Part shown: positions 57,577 to 64,000 of the stretch, in pieces | Numbering within the stretch: the stretch's first letter is position 1 | Layout: each line of letters opens with the position of its first letter | Assembly (NCBI GenBank): GCA_019058245.1 | Contig: JAHPZJ010000013.1 | Span: forward strand, 297,166 to 361,165 | Source of the DNA: Promethearchaeota archaeon | GTDB lineage: Archaea > Asgardarchaeota > Lokiarchaeia > Sigyniarchaeales > SOKP01 | Reading direction: 5' to 3' | DNA length: 64,000 nt | Position numbers and translations under genes: made by a program | Notes under the pieces: generated by a model | Databases searched by the model: none | The model's input: only the letters and a program-made list of their open reading frames with translations | Told to the model about the DNA's origin: nothing

Positions 57577-59100
57577 TCAAATTCTACTTTTTACAATTGA
57601 ATCTTCTAATTGTGCCAACTTTTGGAGAGATTTGAGAGGATAATTACCTGTTAAACATGCTAAGCATAATTCATTTTTAGTTTTTCCAATAGCTTGAGTT
57701 AAATTATCTATTGTTTGATATACCAATGAATCTGCTCCGATAACTTGTTGAATCGCTTTCAAATAATTATCACCATGCTGTAATTGAAGCCTTCCTGCAA
57801 TTAATTCATTCTTAGTAGGGAAATCAATACCCATATAACATGGACTTATAATTGGAGGGCAACTTATTCTTAAATGTACACGTTTTGCTCCTCCTTTTTC
57901 TCTTAATAATGATACTATTTGTTGAGTTGTCGTTCCCCTCACAATTGAATCATCTAATAGAATAACGTCTTTATCTTTAACAATATTCTTTATCGGATTT
58001 AATTTGTCTTTTACAGCAATTTTGCGTTTTGATTGACCAGGCATAATAAATGTTCTATGTACATATCGATTTTTCATTAATCCTTCTATATAAGGGAGCT
58101 TTGCTTCTTTAGCATAACCCACAGCAACACTTCGACCTGAATCCGGAACTGGAACCACAATTGCATTATTATATATCTCAGGATTTTTCAAAATAGGATC
58201 ATTTTTGGCTAAATTAATCCCTAATTGTAATCTTGCTTCAGCAACTGAGACATTATCGAGAATAGAATCTGGTCGTGCGAAATATACATATTCAAATTGA
58301 CAAATAGCGGTTCTGTGAGAATTAATTATAAGTTCTGAATGAATATCTTTTTGATGGCTCAAATGTACAATTTCTCCTGGTTTTACATCTCTTAAAAAGA
58401 ATCCACCAACACTATCAATAGCACAAGATTCAGATGCAACAAAATATAGGTTTCTTTGTTCAGTTTTTAATTCCCCTATACATAAAGGCTTAAATCCTAA
58501 AGGATCTCTAATAGCATAAATATCACCCTTAGAAGTCATCAAGATTAAGGAATAGGAGCCATCTAATAGTTTACTTGTTAGCTTAAGGATCTCAGGCCAA
58601 TCCTCGGTTCCTAAAGCAATTGATCCAATTAATTGAGCTAAGACCTCAGTATCGGTATCAGTGATAAATATACGTCCCATTTCATCCATTCTTTTTTTAA
58701 TCTCGTCAAAATTAGCTATAGTTCCATTGAACGCCATAGAAAATTCAATTTCATTATTCTTAAAATGAAATGGTTGCATATAAAGAGAAGAGTTAAATCC
58801 TACTGCTCCAGTTGTTGCATATCTGTTATGTCCAATACCTACATTTCCCCAATACTGTGAAATAATTTTTTCCTTTAATACTTTTGAAACTAATCCATTC
58901 TTTTTATATGTAAATATATTTCCACCAGTTTTTAAAAGAGATATCCCTGTAGATTCTTGTCCCCGATGCTGTAAAGCAATTAATCCTCGATACAAGAAAT
59001 TTGAGACAGAATATCCAATGTCATCGCAAGTTACGCCAAAAATAGCACAATGCTCTCTTGGTTTTTCTCTCATTTGTCTTATTCTTCTTACTTTTAACAT
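57577..59100 (-). CDS. purF: Amidophosphoribosyltransferase (likely start MREKPREHC at about 59073)
   Basis: EHCAIFG, LQHRGQES, GHNRYATTG, CQFEYVYFARPDS, LLDDSIVRGTT, CYMGIDF, CLACLTGNYP. Confidence 0.95.
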   Translation of the reverse strand: MLKVRRIRQMREKPREHCAIFGVTCDDIGYSVSNFLYRGLIALQHRGQESTGISLLKTGGNIFTYKKNGLVSKVLKEKIISQYWGNVGIGHNRYATTGAVGFNSSLYMQPFHFKNNEIEFSMAFNGTIANFDEIKKRMDEMGRIFITDTDTEVLAQLIGSIALGTEDWPEILKLTSKLLDGSYSLILMTSKGDIYAIRDPLGFKPLCIGELKTEQRNLYFVASESCAIDSVGGFFLRDVKPGEIVHLSHQKDIHSELIINSHRTAICQFEYVYFARPDSILDNVSVAEARLQLGINLAKNDPILKNPEIYNNAIVVPVPDSGRSVAVGYAKEAKLPYIEGLMKNRYVHRTFIMPGQSKRKIAVKDKLNPIKNIVKDKDVILLDDSIVRGTTTQQIVSLLREKGGAKRVHLRISCPPIISPCYMGIDFPTKNELIAGRLQLQHGDNYLKAIQQVIGADSLVYQTIDNLTQAIGKTKNELCLACLTGNYPLKSLQKLAQLEDSIVKSRI

Positions 59101-59199
59101 GATTTTAGATTTTTTGAGAGAATCAGTTATAATATCTTCAATTAATTTAAATCATATAAAATTTTTAATTATTAGTTTAATAGAATATAAAATCTTTTT

Positions 59200-59895
59200 A
59201 TGATAAAATTGTCAATGAGTAATTGTGATTCTAATTCAGTTGCAATAATAATTCTAATTGGGGGTAAAAGCACTCGATTTGGAAAAGATAAAGGTCTTTT
59301 CGAATTTAATGGGAAGCCATTGATATCTTATCAATTAGACACGTTAAAACAAGGAAATTATGATATCTTTTTAGTTGCTCATTCCTCAGAGCAAGTTCAA
59401 AATTATGTCGATAATATCGATATTTCTCAAATTATGGCATTTATTATCGATGCAGATTTTTTAATCTCAGATTCCAATAAGCGAACTCCATTGTTAGGAA
59501 TTTACTCCGGATTTAAAGAATTACAAAATCTTGGATATCAAAAATCTCTTGTAATACCATGCGATATACCTCTAATTAATCTCGATGTTGTTAAATTAAT
59601 AATAAGAGAATCTTATGAATATGATTGCTGTATTCCTAGCTGGGAAAACCATCTTTTAGAGCCATTATTTGCAGTATATTCTATTGAGAAAACCTTGATA
59701 AAAGCAGAAAAGAATCTTAAAGAAGAAAATTACAAATTGATTAATTTATTGGATGATGATTGGAAAATTAACTATCTTTCCATTGAGAAAATTATCTCTA
59801 GTATAGACAATGAATTATTCTCGTTTATTAATATAAATAAGCAGCCTGATTTAAAAAAATTGAAAAAAAAAATAGATTTTAGCAAGAATTTTTAA
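59200..59895 (+). CDS. mobA: Molybdenum cofactor guanylyltransferase
   Basis: ILIGGKSTRFGKDK, PLLGIYSG, PCDIP, LEPLFAVY, SFININ. Confidence 0.88.
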   Translation: MIKLSMSNCDSNSVAIIILIGGKSTRFGKDKGLFEFNGKPLISYQLDTLKQGNYDIFLVAHSSEQVQNYVDNIDISQIMAFIIDADFLISDSNKRTPLLGIYSGFKELQNLGYQKSLVIPCDIPLINLDVVKLIIRESYEYDCCIPSWENHLLEPLFAVYSIEKTLIKAEKNLKEENYKLINLLDDDWKINYLSIEKIISSIDNELFSFININKQPDLKKLKKKIDFSKNF

Positions 59896-59906
59896 ATACT
59901 ATATTT

Positions 59907-60395
59907 TTAGAATCCATCTGGACCCATTATTCCCCCGATTAGTCCTAAAACCCCTCCCCCTAACATAAGATAAGTTCCAAGTGAGAGATCAATAAGTTCT
60001 CCACCGAGAGGTAAATCAAAGGGAATGATGCCTTCTACTAACGCTTTATCATACTTTAAAACTTCAACATATTTACCGATATTTGCTATATCTAAGATAC
60101 CATATACCGTAAGGATAAAATATACTGCAAATACAATTGCTAATATACCTCCAATTATACTAGGTACTCGACTCTTAACACCTAATATAATCAAAATTCC
60201 TGAAAGCATAACAATAATGAAAACAATTATCATTATAATAACGTCTATCTTAACATCTTCAAAAAATGTACCTATATTTAAGAATAATCCGAGATAATAA
60301 TAGTAGAACGATCCAGCAGAGGCAAATGAAAATACAAATGTGGCTACAAGTGTTATTATACCTCCAAGGATACATAAAATTTTTCCCGCACCCAT
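59907..60395 (-). CDS. Hypothetical four-TM membrane protein
   Basis: Gly-rich hydrophobic helices. Confidence 0.65.
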   Translation of the reverse strand: MGAGKILCILGGIITLVATFVFSFASAGSFYYYYLGLFLNIGTFFEDVKIDVIIMIIVFIIVMLSGILIILGVKSRVPSIIGGILAIVFAVYFILTVYGILDIANIGKYVEVLKYDKALVEGIIPFDLPLGGELIDLSLGTYLMLGGGVLGLIGGIMGPDGF

Positions 60396-60618
60396 TATAT
60401 GTTCACAATTTTTTATTTTGATTTTTTATTATAAATTAAATTACTTTATATATATAATTTGAATCTAATATGAAATTAAATTAGATGTTTTATAGGGTTA
60501 AGCTTTATAGTATCATATTAACTTATAGAATATGTAAATAATATTAATTCTACATATATAATATACTAAAACTTATTACTTTTAAAGACAAAAGCTAATT
60601 TTTCAGGATATAAGAAGA

Positions 60619-60996
60619 TTATTTTTCAATGTGTAACTCTTTTACAATATTCTGAACAGTGATTAATAACTCTTGCATTTTGAAGGGCTTATCTAAAAAT
60701 CCAGATGCCCCTAAGGATAAAGCCTTTTGCCTTACTGTCATATCTGCACTTGCAAAAATTATTTTCTCTTTTTTGTTCATTTCTAAAATTTCTACCATCG
60801 TATCTAATCCATTTTTTATCGGCATTCTATGATCCATTAGAATTAAATCAGGTTTTATATTAAGTTTTTTGTACTTCTCAATAGCGTCTTTTCCATTGAT
60901 TGCTATTTCAATTATCTCAAAACCACTTTCTTTCAATATTAAACTGTATAGTCTCTGTAGTGATTTATCATCATCGACGATAAAAATCTTAATCAT
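60619..60996 (-). CDS. Single-domain response regulator (CheY-like)
   Basis: IVDDD, PDLILMDHRMPIKNG, FASAD, FLDKPF. Confidence 0.92.
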   Translation of the reverse strand: MIKIFIVDDDKSLQRLYSLILKESGFEIIEIAINGKDAIEKYKKLNIKPDLILMDHRMPIKNGLDTMVEILEMNKKEKIIFASADMTVRQKALSLGASGFLDKPFKMQELLITVQNIVKELHIEK

Positions 60997-61282
60997 TCAA
61001 TTGTACCTTTTCCTGATTAGTATCCAAAAAAAATTAAATTTCTTTTTAAAACCCTTAATCTATTATTCTGTAAGTTTAAAGTATTCAAAGAAGAACTTTT
61101 ATTTAAGTCTAGACATATACAAAAAAGTAGTAGATTTTATATAAAGAGAATTTCACTAATACTTTAAAATTTATAATAAATCTTTATAAAAATAATAGAT
61201 TCTTTTACATATTGGAATTATTCTAAATATTGGTAATTATAATTTAGAATTTTATTCACAGATATTACTTAGGAATATTACA

Positions 61283-63004
61283 ATGAAGGATTTAATAATT
61301 AAAAATGGCTTAGTTTATGACCCATTAAATAACATCGATGGAGAAAAAAAAGAAATTCACATTAAAGATGGAGTTATTGTAGAAAAGGTTAATGGAGACG
61401 CGAAAGTAATAGACGCATCTGGAATGATCATTATGCCTGGAGGAGTTGATATTCATGCGCATATCGCAGGTACTAAAGTAAATGCGGGTCGCTCATTTCG
61501 ACCAGAGGATAAACTTGATGGATTTAATGAGAAAAGAACTAAATTAACTCGAAGTGGTACTGGATGGTCAGTTCCCTCAACTTGGACAACTGGATATAGA
61601 TATGCGAGACTTGGATATACAACTGTAGTTGAACCCGCCATGCCGCTACTTAAAGCACGTCATACACATGAAGAATTTCTCGATACTCCAATAATAGACA
61701 AAGCAGCCTTTCCATTGTTCGGAAACAATTGGTTCGTAATGGAGTATATTAAAAAGAAAGATTATGAAAAGTTAGCTGCTTATATCGCTTGGATTTTAAA
61801 GGTAACTAAAGGATATGCTGTAAAGATAGTAAATCCTGGAGGTGTCGAGAATTGGGCTTGGGGAAAAAATGTAGAAAGCTTAGATTCTACTGTATTTCAT
61901 TTTGAAGTAACTCCAAGAGAAATATTAGAAAGCTTAGCAAAAGTTAATGAAATCCTCAAATTACCACATACTATTCATGTACATGCTAACAATTTAGGAC
62001 ATCCTGGTAATAAAGAACATACACTTGAAACTTTTAAAGCCGTTGAAAAAATTAAACCAAAAGATGGACGAAAATCAGCATTCCACTTAACTCATTGTCA
62101 GTTCAATGCATATGGGGGAACAAGCTGGGGAGATTTCGAATCTGGTGCAGCAGATATTGCTGAATATTTAAATTCGCATGATCATTTAACTGTAGACATG
62201 GGACAAGTAATTTTTGGAAAAGCAGCAACAACTACAATGACCGCGGACGGGCCGTGGGAATTCGCACTTCATCATATAGGAGGTACTTCAGCATGGGGCG
62301 CAAAACCAGGAATTAAGTGGATCAATGGGCAAGTAGAAGGAGAATCAGGATCAGGCATCGTACCTTATCAATTTAGTCCAAAAATCACTGTAAATGCGGT
62401 ACAATGGGCTATTGGATTGGAACTTGCACTTCTGATTAAGAATCCATGGCAAATTTATGTCACCACAGATCACCCTAATGGGGGTCCATTTACCTCGTAT
62501 CCACAGGTTGTTCGCTGGTTGATGGATAAAAAATCCAGGGACGATGTTCTTCTCAATCAATGTAGTAAAAGAGCATCAGAGAGAACTGAATTAAAGGATA
62601 TCGATCGGGAGTTAACATTAACCGAGATTTGCATAATGACAAGAGCCGGAACTGCGAAATGTTTAGGAATGAACGATCGAGGACATTTGGGAATTGGTGC
62701 TATAGGTGATGTTGCTATTTATAATTTAGATCCGAAAAAGATGGATGGACATGCCATAGAAAAAGCCTTTACGTTAGCAGCATATACCATAAAGGATGGA
62801 CAGATTGTCGTGAAGGATGGAGAGATCACCGCAACTCCTATGGGTACTACGATTTGTGCTGAAGGAAAGGTTGAAGAAAATGAAGTTGAAGCTTTAATAG
62901 CTGATGTTAAAACACACTGGCGTAACCATTATAGTATTAATTTCAACAATTATGCAATTGGAAACTATTATACTCCAAAAATGAAAATTATGAATGGAGC
63001 CTAA
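61283..63004 (+). CDS. fwdA: Formylmethanofuran dehydrogenase subunit A
   Basis: PGGVDIHAHIAG, KIVNPGG, HVHANNLGHPGN, QWAIGLEL, TTDHPNGGPF. Confidence 0.95.
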   Translation: MKDLIIKNGLVYDPLNNIDGEKKEIHIKDGVIVEKVNGDAKVIDASGMIIMPGGVDIHAHIAGTKVNAGRSFRPEDKLDGFNEKRTKLTRSGTGWSVPSTWTTGYRYARLGYTTVVEPAMPLLKARHTHEEFLDTPIIDKAAFPLFGNNWFVMEYIKKKDYEKLAAYIAWILKVTKGYAVKIVNPGGVENWAWGKNVESLDSTVFHFEVTPREILESLAKVNEILKLPHTIHVHANNLGHPGNKEHTLETFKAVEKIKPKDGRKSAFHLTHCQFNAYGGTSWGDFESGAADIAEYLNSHDHLTVDMGQVIFGKAATTTMTADGPWEFALHHIGGTSAWGAKPGIKWINGQVEGESGSGIVPYQFSPKITVNAVQWAIGLELALLIKNPWQIYVTTDHPNGGPFTSYPQVVRWLMDKKSRDDVLLNQCSKRASERTELKDIDRELTLTEICIMTRAGTAKCLGMNDRGHLGIGAIGDVAIYNLDPKKMDGHAIEKAFTLAAYTIKDGQIVVKDGEITATPMGTTICAEGKVEENEVEALIADVKTHWRNHYSINFNNYAIGNYYTPKMKIMNGA

Positions 63005-63070
63005 TTTTTTATTTATACTTTTATTTTAGTTAATAGTATTAAATCAATAAAATCATTAAATTCAGATTTA

Positions 63071-63322
63071 TTAGATTTTAGAAGAATTTTGTAATTTTTT
63101 GAAATAATGATGGATGTTCTTATCACTTGAAATTTTATCTGTTCCTTTTTCCTCAGAAACATAAATTTTTAGTAGACTCGTTTTTTGTTTTAAATTCTCA
63201 CTAACTTCTCTTACAACTTGTGTGTATAATCGTACGTAGGGATCTATCGGCATTGAATGTTCTTTATTATCGGTTTGATTGAATTTATCCTTTTCCTCTT
63301 TCATATCTCTTTTTTTTGTCAT
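63071..63322 (-). CDS. Hypothetical protein
   Basis: 83-aa ATG ORF; no motif recognised. Confidence 0.45.
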   Translation of the reverse strand: MTKKRDMKEEKDKFNQTDNKEHSMPIDPYVRLYTQVVREVSENLKQKTSLLKIYVSEEKGTDKISSDKNIHHYFKKLQNSSKI

Positions 63323-63646
63323 AATTAGTTATAATTTTTATTGTGAATTCAATTGATTCAAATAAAATCCGTATAATTCTCTATGTAACTTAATTTCAAA
63401 TTCATCTTATTAATGAGTCTGGTAAATTTTTGAAATAAAAATGAGTTAAAAGTTATTTTTGATTATTTTACTTTATCCTTAGTAATATAATAGTAAAATC
63501 CAATTATTTTTAATTAAGTATGTGAATGAGAATATCTTTATCTTAGTTGCAAAAGAATATTTTCCTTATTTTAATCTAAAAATAATTATTTTTATATGTA
63601 TTAAAGCTTCTTCTCTTGAATTAGGCAAAGAAAATTATAAGCTCTA

Positions 63647-64000
63647 TTATACTGAGAAAAAATCTTCATGTAAAAAATATAATATTCTTTTAGATACTTT
63701 TTTTTCAAAAGTAATGTGAACTTGTGTTAGCAACTCTAGGTATTTAGCCACAGTATTAATATGCATTTTTAATTCTTTTGAAAGTTGAGTTTTTGTAATT
63801 CCATAATCAAATTTTTTCAAATATTCAATTATTTCCCTGCTTTTTTCTTTTGATGTTAAATATCTTAACTTTTTGTCTTTAAGATTGTATTTAAAGTCAA
63901 AATAAATATCGTGATTCTCTATTTTCACTGTTTTTACAAAATTAAATTTTAATAGAATTTTAAGATGCCATACAACCACATGATTACTAATCTTGAGCTC
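63647..64000 (-). CDS. Winged-HTH (ArsR-like, tandem HTH) protein, C-terminal part; 5'-truncated by the window end
   Basis: The frame stays open to 64000 (ELKISNHVVVWHLKILLKF); second HTH 'GITKTQLSKELKMHINTVAKYLELL'. Confidence 0.75.
   Translation of the reverse strand, partial: ELKISNHVVVWHLKILLKFNFVKTVKIENHDIYFDFKYNLKDKKLRYLTSKEKSREIIEYLKKFDYGITKTQLSKELKMHINTVAKYLELLTQVHITFEKKVSKRILYFLHEDFFSV

Noticed and set aside
73-62560. Numerous short track ORFs nested in or antisense to long genes (for example 73-309, 18561-19010, 28603-29025, 52892-53233, 60025-60297)
   Set aside because: Shadow ORFs of well-supported genes; no motifs
25265-63004. Methanogenesis inferred from hdr, mvh and fwdA
   Set aside because: No mcr or mtr genes are in the window; these genes are common in non-methanogenic Wood-Ljungdahl archaea
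1-64000. CRISPR array, tRNA/rRNA genes, transposases or integrases
   Set aside because: No regularly spaced direct repeats, GC-rich structural RNA islands or recombinase motifs were seen; tRNAscan-SE, Infernal and CRISPR finders would be needed to exclude them formally

Overview
Very AT-rich, gene-dense archaeal DNA that is most likely from an Asgard archaeon (Lokiarchaeia-like). This is inferred from a Rag/Arf-like GTPase-roadblock fusion, longin-domain proteins, a HEAT-LRR protein, IPGY-type C-terminal anchors, eL13, Hdr/Mvh/Fwd genes and a eukaryote-type SECIS. The centre of the window (about 22-58 kb) is an energy-metabolism island with four parts. (i) A split [NiFeSe] hydrogenase operon, vhuG-vhuA-vhuU-hdrC-hdrB. 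Its 49-aa selenoprotein gene vhuU (26780-26929, minus, in-frame TGA) is missing from the ORF track and is followed by an AUGA...GA SECIS whose core overlaps the stop codon. (ii) A cytochrome c maturation cluster (ccmC, an unannotated ccmD, a Tyr-less ccmE, ccmB, ccmA, ccmF) flanked by three secreted membrane-anchored proteins that have no CxxCH but share an H-x(2/4)-C-H motif and an X-Pro mature N-terminus. One of them is fused to a cytochrome b561-like domain and sits directly upstream of a GlcD/GlcF-like dehydrogenase pair. This is the best candidate for an undescribed system. (iii) A Cys-only hdrC-hdrB-hdrA-mvhD-polyferredoxin operon, a second hydrogenase small subunit, and hypC/D/E/F and cooC. 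(iv) A Cys-rich Lrp/AsnC regulator and four arrays of GTTTCA-N3-TGAAAC boxes spaced 30-31 bp, which may tie parts (ii) and (iii) into one regulon. Also present are a PI-PLC-like gene interrupted by one in-frame TGA, a decaying YgbA-like gene and housekeeping genes (acdAB, purF, nfi, mobA, fwdA, cyclophilin). No rRNA, tRNA, CRISPR array or mobile element was recognised. All functional calls come from reading motifs by eye, not from database searches.
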